The position numbers and the translations under genes were made by a program. 64,000 nt of DNA from Gnetum montanum (Eukaryota; Plantae; Gnetophyta). Position 1 is the first letter of the stretch, and the number at the start of each line of letters is the position of its first letter. The notes beneath the pieces were generated by a model that made no database searches, was not told where the DNA came from, and saw only the letters and a list, made by a program, of their open reading frames with translations. Shown piece by piece: positions 34,251-48,080 of the stretch. The stretch spans positions 147,051 to 211,050 of the forward strand of contig MNCI01003108.1 of NCBI GenBank assembly GCA_015680685.1, written 5' to 3'.

Positions 34251-36480
34251 TTTTTTTTTTTTTTTTTTTTTGGAACAGTCAAGGGGATTTTTATATTAAC
34301 AAATAAACATAATATACAAAGGAACCAGGGCATGTAATAGAGAATATCAACCCTGGATCACATGCAAGTCCCTAGACATGGACCACAAAAATTGCCTGAG
34401 GGGCCCACAAACACCAAAAACCTATAACAATACCCACAAGCAAAACCACAAAAGCCTAGACGATCCATTACATATGTCAAGAATCCACAATAGTACTCAC
34501 TTTTACGTCCTATTGCTTCATTGATTCTTTGTAGCTTTGCAAGTCAATAACACCTCTTCTCCTAGCTCAGATTAACCAACTTATCAAGATGAAGCAATAC
34601 TGCCCTATGCCTCACCATGGCATTGATCCTAGACAAAGATGACTCTTTGATTACCCCCAACTCCACATATAGATATCAATGGTCTTTGAATCATTATTGA
34701 CTATGGCATCAAGCCCCTTTAGTAGTCTTCTTTCCATCTTCTGCCTTTCTGCCTCCTCTATCTACTTCCTCTGTTCCGCCTCATGGGATCTAACCTTGCT
34801 TCCTACTAGGCTCTAGCAAACTCCAGCTCTGACCAATATCAATCCTCCTCCTAATGCTGCTGGAAAGCCTCTTTTCATTGTTCCTCCTCCTCATGTTGTT
34901 TGTGCCTCTCCTCCTCCCTAGTAGCTTCTTGCTTGAGCTTCTCCCTAAGATGCACCCTACGCTGTTGCATCTTAATTAGTCATCTCTTCTATGCCTCAAA
35001 TTTTAGGTATACCTCAAGATCTTCAATATCCCTGAGGATTTCTGTTCTGCGAACTCCTTTGCCTGTTCTCTAATGCGGGTTTCAAACTCATGCTTTTCTT
35101 TCTCCATGTGTTCATTTATCTCAACTTCAATCCTCGAATAAAGGGAGTCTTCAATTGCAGCAATATCAGCTTCTGCATCCAGCACCCGTTGCTCTTCACC
35201 TAGAACTTGTCCTTGCATAGGCTAGGAAACATTATCTGACTACAAGGAAGCCAACACTTCTTGCTCAAACACGAAGCTATTTGCTAGAATAGGAGAGGTG
35301 GAATCAATCTAGAATGCTATGATGACTACCATTTTTGAAGATACACAAGGAAGATTATAGGAATTTTGACTACCTAAGATACTTAAGAAGGGAAAAATGA
35401 ATGCCATACAACTTAGAAAAACTGCTTAATTAGACGAAAAATATGTCAAGAACCTCTGTTGTGCGCTACTAAAGAGGCTACAATGAGGTCCTAGAAACCT
35501 AATCGCTTATGGTAGTTTGGATACCATCAAGAAAAAAGTCTACAACACTCCACAATCCCCCGGTGCCAGGAAAAATCACCTCCCCCTTAGTCAGCAGACA
35601 TATATATTATCCACTATGTTCCTCCATGTGCTGAATCTAAACATTTCTAAATGTAGTTGAATCTCCTCTCCATTGTGAGAAGAATTGTGTCACAATGAAA
35701 TCTCTTTCTCCACCCAATAATAGAAGGAAAGCATCCCATCCAACCCCAACAATGAATGGCTAGAACTTTGGTCCTACTGAAAAGGCGAGATGTCTTATTC
35801 AAAAGTGGGAGTAGCCACCATGGCATTGCAGATTTCCTTCCACTACTTAAATGCTTGCTTAGCCAACAACCACAGTGATGGCACAAGTTGGGATCTGAAA
35901 ATGCTCCAATTCCTAGCTTTCCAAATAAACTAGGTGACAACCACATGGGGATTATCTCCCATTAGCTTTGACAGGTTATGAATATTCATGGCCATCCAGA
36001 CCTGCCAACTATCAGCACAAATGAATATAAGATGAGCAATCATTTCTGTAGTGTTGTCCCAACACAGGACACACATCCCATCAATCCACATCCCCTGAAG
36101 ACATAAAAAGAACCTTGTAGAAATGGCATGTTGCTTCATAAACCAAGAGAACATTTTTCACATTTTTGAGAGTTGACCCTTTAACATTATGTTCCAATTG
36201 GATGCTTTCCCATACTTTGCAATCAAGAGGTTGCTTGTGCTGTAGTTCAATTGTACTTGAAGCCCATTCATGATAGCTTTAAATCTACAAATGACCTTGC
36301 AAAGTATAAAGTTCCTTGGTTGGCAATTTCAAGGCTAGTATTTTCTAGAGATGAGATGGACCTAGGCAGCATCCTTCTGGACAGCAATCCTCTATCTCAA
36401 CTTAAACTAACTACCAAAATGCAATCCTCAAATCTTAGTATGACAAAACCCTCACATTGTCTAGGCCTCACCACATCTCA
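34251..36480 (-). mobile_element. Diverged L1 copy G (5'-truncated)
   Basis: Poly(T) 34251-34271; zf-RVT (CVLCWDNTTEMIAHLIFIC), GEVIFP.../LYGIHF domain, coiled coil (35003-35218) and J-domain LYVELGVIKESSLSRINAMVRHRAVLLHLDK...AKLQRINEA. Confidence 0.85.
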
Positions 36481-36596
36481 ATAGAGAAAATGGGTTCTAT
36501 TGAATGTGTGAAGCCAAATTTGTTGTAACATTATGTTTTAACATTGACCCTTTTGTATAAGATAATAATAATAATAAAGTGTTGTAGAGAAAAGTT

Positions 36597-39500
36597 ATGC
36601 AACCAAGAGCAAGCTGCAACACCTACTGCAGGGGTTTAGATCCTGGAAGATGGCCAAGTGCGGGGCAAGGGCTCTCTCAGCTGCAGATGTACTGGGAGGA
36701 TATATGGCGATGGCGGCACACTGAGCCCGTCTTAGTTCCGATGCCTTGCATCTTAACCTTTGCCGAGAACCAACAACTATTACAACCATTTTTGCGGGCA
36801 AAACTCCATACAGCCATGAAAGCCATGCCAGTGAACAAAGCCTTGGGTCTGGATGGGTGGCTGATAGAATTCTTTTGGGAGTTTGAGGAGCTCTTGGGAG
36901 CGAACCTGTTGGACTCGTTCAATAGCATGCTCACCTGGCAACAGGTATGTAAGGAGATTAACTACTCCCGAGTAGTCCTTTCGAAAGTCCCGAACCCAAT
37001 GTCTCTTGGGCACTTCAAGCCCATTGGCATGTGCAACACCCTCCTTAGAATTTCTTCATAGATGCTGGTTAACCGGGTGGCCCCCCTCATGCCTAGGCTG
37101 GTCAGAGAGCATCAGGCCGGGTTTGTCAAAGGCCAAATCCTGCAGGACCAAGTCCTACTACCGTAGGAGATTCTACATTTGCTCCGAATTGCTCGGTTCC
37201 CTAAACTATGTGTTAAGCTGGATATTACTAAGGTGTATGATTCGGTCAGTTGGGCTACGCTCTGCATGGTCATGTTGGCGAAGGGGTTCAATGCCAAATT
37301 CGTCAACATATGCATCCAAATCCAACAAGACAGCAAATACTCCCTAGACATTGACAGGCAGCTATGGGGCTTCCAAGGCACTGGGCGGGGCCTACAGCAA
37401 GGAGATCCGTTATCACCTCTGTTATTCCTTTTGGTCATGGACCTTCTCAAGTCCTACTGTGTGGAGGAAGGGATGCAAGGGTTGAATATCGACAAGGTGC
37501 ACTGCTTGGCCACCGACTTCGCTGATGATACTCTGGTGGTCACCCGGGTGGCGGTGCCCCAAGTAGAGGCCTTGTTGAGGGCATTAGATCGATTGTGGAA
37601 GGAGGTGGGCCTCACAATCAACACAGCCAAGTCTGCCATTTACATGGTGCAAATTGCAGCCACGGTGGAAGCAAAACTTATACAAACACTAGGTATCTTG
37701 CCTAGGCACACTGAGGACAAGTATCTGGGCATCCCCATTTTTCATTGGCAACATAAGAAGGCTTGGCAGGGGCTATTGGAACAGCTCCAAACAAAGACTT
37801 CCCATTGGCTCAATCGATTCCTCTCATGCAAGGGGAAGATGATACTAGCATCTACCGTCCTAATGGCCATAGCCCAGTTCGCTGCCTCCATGGCCAGGTC
37901 GCCGAAGGGAGTGATACAGAAAGTTGATGGCATCATCCATGAGTTCGTATGGTCAAGGGGGGAAAGGGGACAAACGTGTGCACTTGGTATCATGGAACAT
38001 CACAGCATGGCCTAAGTCGACAAGTGGAGTTGGCCTCTTAACGCTTAATGATGAGATCGCGCTAGGGTTGCAACGGCTCCTTTGCAGAGTCTTGAATCAA
38101 GATAGAACCCAAACATTGTGGGTGCAACTACTTAACAACAAATATCGACGATGGGAGGCAAATGCTGGCGACTCCCACCTTTGGCAAAACTTGTGCCATC
38201 ACGTTCACTAGGTTGAGTCACTGGGCTTCTTTGATCAGCATCCACAGGAAATCATTAAGCATCGATACCTATCTGCTCCTGCTTGAGGGAAACTTTGGAA
38301 CGGCCACCTTCCAGAAAAAGTCAAGGCGTTTGGGTGGCTAATTATGCATCAAGCACTCTCAGTGTGTGCCACGTTACGCAAATGTGGGCTACAGGTGGAG
38401 CCCACTTGTCCCTTATGTCGTACAGACACTGAAATGCTCCACCACCTTATATATCGCTGCCCTTTCACAAGGGTTGTTTGACATGCTACCTGTCTTAAGG
38501 CATTTGAATGCCACGGGGACTCTCCTACCCTAGCAACTTTGTGGGTGTTGTGGAAGCACCAGAACTCGTAGATATTCAGGGGCACAGAGCTATTGGCACC
38601 GACAACGATGGCCAGAGGCATTCAACGGCTTTGGAACGAGGCTTCTATGGCTATGGGACAAAGACTCCTCTTCGAGCCCTTAGTCTCTAAATTCAAGGAC
38701 CACGCTGAGTTATGGCCTTTGGTTCAAAGAATGGGTTGGGATGAAATGCTTCACCGCCTAGAAGGGGAACCAGGATTACCCACGGCTCAATTCTACGACA
38801 ATTGGCAGGGCACTGAAACTACTTTCTAGGGCTGACGAATCACTATTTCGATGCCTATGCTAGCGGAAGTGTTGGGTATACAAGCTGAGGGAGAGGTCAT
38901 TGTGCCGGTTGTCCATGCGCAATTGGACATGGCTGAATTCTTCCAAGGGGACATCCCTAGGATGGCCAGCGGGCATATTTGGAGACTGGCGCTTTCAGGA
39001 GTATGGAGGGAAGTTGCCGTTTTAGTTGAACGGTATTTCATCCAATCTAGTTACCCCCACAAATTGGTGGGTGTTCACTTCATGTTTCTCAAACACGAGG
39101 CACAGGACACCCATTAACGTCCCTAGATTTTTCTAGGATTCTTTGCAGTGCTAGCGTCCTGGGAGACACCCAGGGGTTATCATGGCACTTTGGCGTGTGG
39201 GACCGCCAATCCTGTCATTAGAACCCATGATTGTCTATTCCAAACAACGGGGTAAGCAACAGGTAGCCTGGATGGGATCCCAAGAGAGGGAACGCATGGT
39301 GAGATTGGCAACTACACGCACGAGAGAGCCATAGAGCCAAGAGCTCAATACAAAGGGGAGGCACTTGCAGCGTGGGCGTAGATGGGACATGACAGCAAAA
39401 TGTAGTAGAGCGGCTGAACAAGCTAGACAAGAAGAAGGGAGTGGTGGCAACAATGATGGGCCAATATGCAAAGAGAAGTGTAGCAAGAGACCACACGAAT

Positions 39501-39930
39501 GCAGATACAAACGCTAAGATGTATGGAAGGCATCATCTCGAAGCACAGGACTAGGCTGGCACAACTCATTCAAAAGAACTGGCAACGCTTGGCCCTTAGC
39601 ACAAGCACCTCCACAACTAGAACCGAGGTGGACAACAACCCTCAATTGCAAACCACATAGGAGTATACGAGAAGGACACAAGGGCACAATCCCCATACAA
39701 AATAGAATGGGAAGGCCTGGATGACATGAGCTTTGTTTGCCTAGGACTCGAGGCTAACTTGGTGGGTAAGGACTTGCAAAATGGGGACAAGTAAATATAT
39801 TGTGGGTGCGGGGTGGGATGGCCATTGGGAGGGTGCAAGGCTCAAAAATTGAATAGTGCAGGGTTCTGTGGCGACGACGTCCGCTAGGCGTGGGGTCAGT
39901 AGCCCTAACCCGAGCTATACTCATGTACAA
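36597..39930 (+). mobile_element. Diverged L1 copy H (5'-truncated)
   Basis: RT (GLQQGDPLSP, FADD), zf-RVT (CPLCRTDTEMLHHLIYRC), Transposase_32-like domain about 38650-39200, short coiled coil. No J-domain seen. Confidence 0.9.
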
Positions 39931-39933
39931 CTC

Positions 39934-42570
39934 TTTTTTTGAGAGAGAATATTCGGGAGTATATTACTGAGAAAGAAAGAAATATAGTACAGAAGATTAC
40001 AAATCATGGGTCATCAGCAATGGCCCTCAATGGATGGGGAAAAATCCCCTAAGTCAAAAAATCCAACACCCCAACAATCATGCTAAACCCAAGAAACAGA
40101 ACCAAAAACGAGCAGGGGGGGCAGGGGGGGTGTGGAGAGAGGGGGAAGGGGGCAACCCCCCAACCAAAAAAGAAGAAGAAAAAGGGGGGCACCAAGACAA
40201 GGGGAGAAACGGGGGGCACCCTTTGATAGTGTCAAGAGGGGGGGGGCGGCAAAAGACAAGGAAAGCGACGATGCCCGGGGGGCGAACGTTGTCCACGGTC
40301 CAAGACACCCCCCTAGGGATTCGTCGATAGCCAATGGCAAGCGCAGTGTGGGCACTCCAGCTCATAAAGAAGGTCCAAAGTGTTTCGGTGGTCTTCCGTG
40401 TCCATGAAACTGGTAGCCTACTGGATACCCTGCATGGCTAACTCCCACCTATTCTGATCCGTCGGCAAAGCTCCCCCATCAAGATGAAGCTGCGCCGAGG
40501 TTCAGCAGATATGGTGCCTGAGCTCACCCCAGGAGCTCTCACAACTGATTCCTAGGATGAGGTACAGGCAACGGCCCCCTCTAAGCCATTGTCGAGCACT
40601 GTGCTCATGTGCCTGATCAAGCTGCCGTTTCCATTGCTCCTCTTCCTCCTGTAAGCGCTCCTGCTCCACCCGCTCTGCCTCTTCGCGTTCTCTTTGGGCC
40701 GCATCCTCCTACAGCAACTCTTCCCACACTTGGGCCCAAAATTTCATCCACTAACGGGGCCAAGGTAGCATCAGCCATGAGGTCTTGTTGCCTCACCCGC
40801 TCCTGCTCCTGCTCATAAAACTGGGCCTCCAAGTCGGCCTGGGCTTGTGCAAGGGCTTCATGCCATTTGGCCTCTCACTCCCATCTTTCAGCCTCACGTG
40901 CCTCGGCTACAGCCCTTTGTGTGGCCTACCGCAGCTCCTCATGCCATTTCATGTTGTGGCTGAAGGTTTCCGGTGAGGGGGAAACCGGTCTCATCGTTCC
41001 CGTTGGGTCCACCGCCCCCGTGTGAAGGTCGTAGCCAGTAGGATCCAACGGCTCCCCTAGTTGGATGAGATCGTAGGGCCTGGGGGGTCAACAAGGAGGC
41101 AAGTAGGGGGGACCTCTGCGAGGGGGTAGACGATGACGGGTGTTGCCCCCCTGCCCTCGCCACAAGGCTAAAATTAACCCTGAACAGCGGCCACGTCGTT
41201 TAAGCAGGAGGGCCTCCAAGAAAAAGCGGGGGAGGTTAACCTGGCAGCCCAATTTCAGGCAACACAGAAACGCAAAATGTAGGCCCTAGAGCTTGGATCC
41301 GTTGCCAGACTGGACAAAAAATCTGTCCACTAGATCTGCTGCCCGGGCCTAGAGACAAGGAAGAGAAGATCGGGGCACCTATCAGCTCCGTGTACATGGC
41401 ACGAGCCCTTCGAAAAACAATTCCGTGTCCTGTTGACCACCGGTAGATGGTAGGATTACCTCACTAGTGGCCTGGACCCCCAGACAACTGGCGATTGAGG
41501 ATTCTGTGATGAGAATCTCGCACCCTTGGAACAAGGTCCGGTCGTTGCTCCAGTTAGTAAAGAAAGTGTTGTCTGACAAATCTGGGTCCTCGACCAGCCG
41601 CTGTAGAGGGTCACACCAGCCGCACTCTATCACCATCTACTAGAGTTCCTTGTCATCCTGAAACGCAACGCAGTCCGGTTCAAATGTTGGCGTGATTCCC
41701 ATTGCTGCCTCGATTTCTTTCCATGCAGGGAGAGCTTGGAAAACTNGGGGGGGACAACCTTTCCTGATGAAACACAGTGCGATTTCTTGCTTTCCACGCT
41801 ACCCATAAAAGTAGCATGGCCCAAGAATCGCCGGTGAGGCACATCGGGGGGGTCACCACCGCCTCGAGCCACATGGCACGCATGTATGTATAGTCATAAG
41901 TGAAGTGTCGGACTGTCTCAGGCTCAACACCGCACCGGGGACAGGTGTCGTCTTGCATGATCCCACGTCAGCATAGAAAATCATGCACAGGCAGCGCGTT
42001 CATTTGTAGCAGCCAGAGGAAGATCTTTATCTTCTCGGGGAGCCGCCCCCTCCAAATCTGCTGCCAACCAACCACCTAGGGGTACTTGGCTATCAGCAGA
42101 TTGCGTGGCTCAAGGTTCAACCACCCCTGGGTCTGCATCACCCGCGCGTGCCAGTAGAGTGCCTGCCAGGGTCTAGAATCTCGCACCCCCGCCTCCAACG
42201 TTGATATTTCACATTCATGATGCGGATCCACTGGATCGGTTCCCTGTGCGGGCACGTAAACTGAAGTATTAACCGTTGCTGTCCCAACATCAGTTTGTCT
42301 TCAAAGGTCATGATGCCCAGCCCCCCACGCTACGAGGACGCGTGACTCGCTCCCAATTGACAAAGTGGATTTTGCCCCCCCCCCCCCCCTCCAGATGAAG
42401 TTTCTGACCAACATGTTAATCCTATTGATGATGGCGTTTGGGGGGGTGGCAACGGCCGCCACGAACCAAGTAACCGTCATGAGGATCCCCGTTGCCACAA
42501 GCAGTCGTCCTTTGCGACTCAAGAAACGATTTGCCCAGTGGCCCATCCTTCTCTCAACTTTCTCAAGCAA
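39934..42570 (-). mobile_element. L1 copy I (5'-truncated)
   Basis: Poly(T) at 39934-39940; ORF2 from LEKVERRMGHWANRFLSRKGRL through zf-RVT, the extra domain, coiled coil and J-domain (40314-40570). Confidence 0.93.
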
Positions 42571-42751
42571 ACTGATCTAAGAAGTCCCTTAGTTTACCTT
42601 CAAATAGCATAGTAGAAACCATGCAAGGCTCTACTTGATTCCAGGTCAGGAGTAAACCTGATCTCACAAGACATGTATCAGGCTTGGAATCTACCACCGT
42701 TAAAGAAGAATAATATCTGGTTAGAGCTTGTGGACAAGTCAATCATAGTTC

Positions 42752-43583
42752 TGTTATAATCAGATCTAAAAACAATTAGATCTGAAAACACACTACAAAT
42801 GCTCTAGAGAGATTATTAGAACCCTACAGATCTGAATAAATCATTAGAGGCAAAATATTGCGCTGTAGCAGGTCAAAAAATACTATAAATCACTCTCAAA
42901 ACATTCTAAACTCTAGCAAACATTTGTTGTGATACAAAATGAAAGCAGAATGAAAACAGTAAAAATAGCACAAGAACACAGAGAGTCATGTGGTTCATGC
43001 CCTTTTTACCCTACTTCCACAACAATGCTAATCTACCTTCTATTCAACTCAAATCTTCAGGACACAAGCCGTCCTTGTAACTTTTCCAAACACCCAATCT
43101 GTTATTCCACTAGATCTCAGATCAACACCAACAAGACTCACGTCTCCAAGGTAAAACCTTGATACAATGCTTTTACTTCAAAGCACACCATAAAAGGCTA
43201 CCCCAAGCCTTCTATTTATGAAACATGAGGACCAAACCCCAATCCTAATACATGTGGGATAAAACACCAACATTAATGATCATAACCGTCATCATTAATG
43301 ATTATAACCGCCACCATTAATAATTGTAGCCATCATCATTAATAATTGTAACCGCCATCATTAATGATTGTAACCGCCATCATTAATAATTGTAACCGCC
43401 ACCATTTATGATTGTAACCATCATCATTAATAATTGTAACCACCACCATTAATGATTGTAACCGCCACCATTAATGATTGTAACTGTCAATCCTAATACA
43501 TGTGGGATAAAACACACCCCCACATCAAATGCAACATAAAAGGAAATACAACAATTAATGTATTTGTCTTCATTTTTCCAACA
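42752..43583 (-). mobile_element. Copia solo LTR related to the 57775-63034 element
   Basis: TGTTATAATC...TTTCCAACA ends; 5-bp TSD AGTTC at 42747-42751 and 43584-43588. Confidence 0.93.
43271..43487. repeat. 22-bp tandem repeat, about 10 copies (CATTAATGATTGTAACCGCCAC)
   Basis: Units start at 43271, 43293, 43315 ... 43469; no spacers. Confidence 0.95.
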
Positions 43584-46500
43584 AGTTCCACTAGGGAAAG
43601 TCAATGATGTGATTAAAACCATCAGTGATTGGTCTTACCCTACAAAATTTTCTGGTAATCCATGTCGGTAAAAATAAGGAAGAATTTCCAATTATCATGG
43701 AAAGAGCTTGGCTTAACCCTATCGATGCTAAGCTTGGGATTCGTGACGAAGTTAGTAACAACACCAATGATGAGCAGTGGAGCAATCCAACACCCAACTA
43801 TACAAGTCACAAGCATTCACGTGCAACCAGATCATAATCCATGGACGAGGCAATGTTAATATGCTATCAATTGGTTTAAGTTTGAGACCATTGTCTTCCC
43901 ACGTGGAGCTAGTGAAGTCTATGTGTATGGTTTAGCTCATTGTGAGGTATATGATATCTAATGTTGTTTAGCCATTCTTGCTCCTAGCAAACATGATGAA
44001 ATGAAAATAGTTTCTAATCCTAAGTCTAAGTAATTGCAAGAAAGTAAATCTAACTTAGCCTAATGCGATGGATATCTGGTCCTGATCTACCGTACATGCC
44101 TTAGACTCATGTAGTCATCACTAGGATTACGAAGTGGTATTAATACTGAGCAAGTCAAGAAACACCACTATTGGGTTACCAAATAACTACACTTAGCACT
44201 CAAAACCAGTCATATCCATACCACTTACTTTCAACACGTAAAATAAAATGCTTGTAAACTAAAAGATTAACTAGGAAAATGGGAACAATTATTCTGAGTA
44301 AACGTAAGAAAACTAAGTGGATGTTGCAATGATGATAAGCAATCTCGATCTTTATTGTTGGTCATGAACTATGTCCAAGTACAATTCACTCGAATACAGA
44401 CACCGTACAATCGCTCAACACCACATTGCAGGCATACACTTTATCACTAACTACGGAATGAAATTGCAAAGGCTTTGCTACTAGTGGAATGAAAACTTAT
44501 AACAGATCCATGCACCTAAGTGTTGTATTTATAGGCTGGCACACATCCTACGATATCATTTATACGATGACATAACTTATGCTACGATATCATTGCTAAC
44601 TGAAATTGACTTCATCATACCCCCATGACTAATTGAAAACTTGTCCTCAAGTTAAAACAAAATGAGGATAGAGTCTTTTACAAAATTGGGAGGTAAATTT
44701 ACATGACTAACTATATACATGACACCAAATGCTACAATGGTGTTTTACAAAAATTGGCACAAGTTATGACAACATAAACTGAAACAAAACAAACAAAACT
44801 TGATGAAGCTCGATGTAGCCTAAGTAGTGCCTAGTGGTGGTTACTCCTCCATCAATTGCTTCCCCTTGTCATCAAGTTTCTAAAACTTGTATTTGTTGAG
44901 CAACGTCTGAAGTTTTTCTTCATCAATTCTAGGGTCATGTACCGTCCATGCCTATTATGCAATGTGTGATGGAGCCGATACATCCCATGGACATGGTAGC
45001 TGAGGAAACATCTAATTGGCCTTAAGGTACCATGCCACAAATTGCCTTCTCTCTTCTTCAAATGCCCTAGCCATCTTGCATAACTCCTAATAATTAGACA
45101 TTCTCATGTCTAGGTTTGTTGCAACATCTTTCTGCCCTTGGTAGCTAGCCTTAACTACTTCTAATTCAAAGTTTGCCACATGGGAATTTTGTATAGCATT
45201 TTTTTGATCTACAAACTCCTTTTCATACAATGCATATGTGGTTGCTACTTGTTGTTCAAGCTCATTTCTGGGCCTGCCTACTATCAACATGGCCAAGTTA
45301 GCATAACGAAGGTTCGCTAACCCCATGTATTCTTTCAAATCTTCTATCTGCAAATCTTTATTTTTTATCTCCACTTGGTGGACATGGGCATAGCTATCCA
45401 AGCAGTGCTACTAGTCTGGATTTTGTGCTGATATGGGATTGATCTAGGCTTTCACCATCTAGATTTCCTTCTCATTCATTTGTTTATGCATGCTTACCTG
45501 ATCGCCAAAGTGTTCTTTGAGTCTTTTGTGCTTCTTTGCTTCCTTCTACCACGTGCTTATCTCAATAGTTGATTTTTGTTAGATTGCGTGTACCTCCTCC
45601 ATTGAGAGGGTTCTGTTTTCTCTTGTTGAGTGGCTCATACCTTGGTTGACTCTCATCAATTGTTCTCTCAAATGATGGATGCTCTCCTCAAGAATGTTTT
45701 TCTGCTTCTCTACATTGATCAACCTGATATTGTCTGCAGCGAGTTGCTTATTTTTTTCTTCTGTTGCGATGAGTACCTTAGCATATGCATATGTCTATGC
45801 TTCTACTATTGAGGCATTCCACACTACTTTCTCCTTCTCATTCTCCACCTGCTTGTTTTGCTCCATTAGGCAATTGATTTGTTCTGTTCTAAACTACTCT
45901 AGCTAATCAAGCACAACATATTGTATAGGATTTCTGCATTCAACCCTCGAGGTTGCAAGCTCTTCTTGTAGTCTACAAATTTCATTTTCCGCATGCTCTA
46001 CCCTAGTTTCTGCCATGACCAACTTACCCTTGATTGTTATTAGTTCTAACTATACTGCAGTGACATCACTTGGTATGTCAAAAAGAGTTGTCCTAACTTG
46101 CCCAATCTGCAATAGTCGATCTAGCACATCTTCATGATTAGCAAGAGTCATCAAGGTACCATTTAGCATTTGAGCATCCCTAGCTCTAGTTAGATTTGTT
46201 GGTGGCACAACAAGTACATTAAATGATTCTTTGATGTGATTCATGATCACTTTTGCTACTCCTACTACATCCTGGTGCTGCATAACGACAACTGTGGCTC
46301 TTTCTCTGGTTTCAAGCACCACTTGGAACAATGCAGCGTTCCCAGAAATCTATTGTGACCATTGGGCCTCTCCTAACTGCAATGATATTTGTCCACTAAC
46401 ATGGTCTATGGAAACTGTGGGCTAGATGGCACTATCAATGACTTTGTAGAGGTTGGCCTCCTCACAAGTTCCCCAACTAATGGTCTATGCAATTTGTTAA

Positions 46501-47109
46501 AAATGACTCATTGATGGCCTATAATTCTGTGGCAGCAGTGGCAGAACTTGCTACTACTATTGTTCTTGTTGTTGCTCTTGCTCTTGCTATTGACAACTGG
46601 GTCTTGCTTGTTGTACAATAGTTTGTGTGGTTTTCCCAGCGTTTGTTTGTTTCTCCACCTGGTCTTTCTTTGGTGGCGCTGGCTTGATCATCTCAACATA
46701 GGAAGCATTTTGAGGCTTCCTGAGGACATCATCGATGTACCCTAGGATTCCAGCACATTTGCACATCTTCCTAATGAGGCAAGGGAATGGAAGTGTTAGC
46801 TTCCCTACCTTTTTTTCTTCAAACCGCCTTTGAATTTCCATGAAGTAGAGTTGTGTGATGTTTGCATTAAACTTTCCCATTAAGATCGCACTTCCCTTGG
46901 CCACATATGTTGATATTCTGTTTAATCTTGTTGTGGGAAATAGATGATATGCACCAATTTTGAAATAGATTCCCTTCAAGAATTAACTTATTGTAATCCT
47001 TGTCTTCTTTGCCATATGCCCTTTGCAACCACAATTTCCTTACTGGACATGCACAGTTATCTTCTTTCCATTGTAAGTTAAGTATAGATGAGCTTGGAAG
47101 TTTGCACAT

Positions 47110-47620
47110 CTCTTTGGAGTAAGATTCGTAATGCTTAATAAATGATTTGTAAATTTTGTCCTAAAATTTTCCTTTCATGCAAGTAATATATTATTCATTT
47201 ATTCTTGTTTTAATATGCTAGGCCCATTTGTTTACCAATGATTATGTTCTTTTATTTGAGGCAAAGAAAATAAAGAAAATATATATTGTGTGATCATGTG
47301 TGTTCACTTGCTTTTCACAAAATGAACCCCCATGAATAATGATTAGAAGCCCTTTGGGCCCTAGGATAAGCAATTCACCTAAATTCACAATTAGTAATTA
47401 GGTGAATGATGCATTTGGTTGGTGTGCCTTGTAGGAAGCATGCAGTATTTCTAGAGATAATTAACTAATTGTGTTAATAATAATACATTCATCCCCATAT
47501 GTTGAATGGATGGATTGCATTGCCTTTTTTTCTAACACCTTGCCCTTGAAGTGGAGATTAACACCACTATCCAACCCTACTCATACATATGCTTACCTAG
47601 GCTAATTATCCTAACCCATT
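47110..47620 (+). repeat. Unclassified dispersed repeat (second copy at about 27875-28386 plus 31113-31200)
   Basis: Shared blocks such as CCCTAGGATAAGCAAT..CACCT, GATTGCATTG, AACACCACTATC.AACCCTA and ATACATATGCTTAC. Confidence 0.7.
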
Positions 47621-47849
47621 GCATCTAAGGAAGTTGAGTTGCATGACACCTAAAGATTTTCAATAATGCAGCCATTATTCGTGTATACCCACCTCATGTA
47701 TGATCCCTAGTCACCTATCCTAGGGGTATATTGAGGTGCAGTCCAAAAACAATGGTTGAGCCAAGCCTTTTTTGTGTAACATAGAATCCCAACATAACCC
47801 AACTCATAGTCAAATGGTAACCAAATTCATCGAGCTGGATGATCCTCAA

Positions 47850-48080
47850 ATCGCATGGGCAAAGTTAAAACATATATATTTTTCTGTAAAGCCTATTATG
47901 AATTAAATAATCTAATCTTGTTTGACAAATACAGTGGAGGATTAGGATTACATCCAACCACATCCATTGATGCTACTTTTAAAATAAAACTTGAAACAAG
48001 TGACTTTTAAAACAAAACTTGAAAAAAGTGAATCACACAAATGTTTGATGTTTTCTAGCTTGTTAAGTGATGGGAAGCAA
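47850..48080 (+). repeat. Unclassified dispersed repeat (second copy at about 19268-19485)
   Basis: Shared GCATGGGCAA, ATTAGGATTAC, AACCACATCCATTG.TGCTACTT, AAACTTGAAA and AGTGAATCA.ACAA. Confidence 0.7.

Larger units (their letters stand above)
42580..47110 (-). mobile_element. 3' part of an LTR retrotransposon (Ty3/gypsy-like) with a Transposase_32-like/coiled-coil extra ORF
   Basis: Minus-strand AACTTGAGGACAAG and PPT GGGGGTA followed by TGATG at 44617; ORF remnant ...KLTLPFPCLIRKMCKCAG (46587-46979) and degenerate coiled-coil ORFs 45087-46331. The LTR is interrupted by a copia solo LTR. Confidence 0.6.

Noticed and set aside
43271-43487. Regular repeat array considered as a CRISPR array
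   Set aside because: No unique spacers, eukaryotic LTR context, no cas genes.
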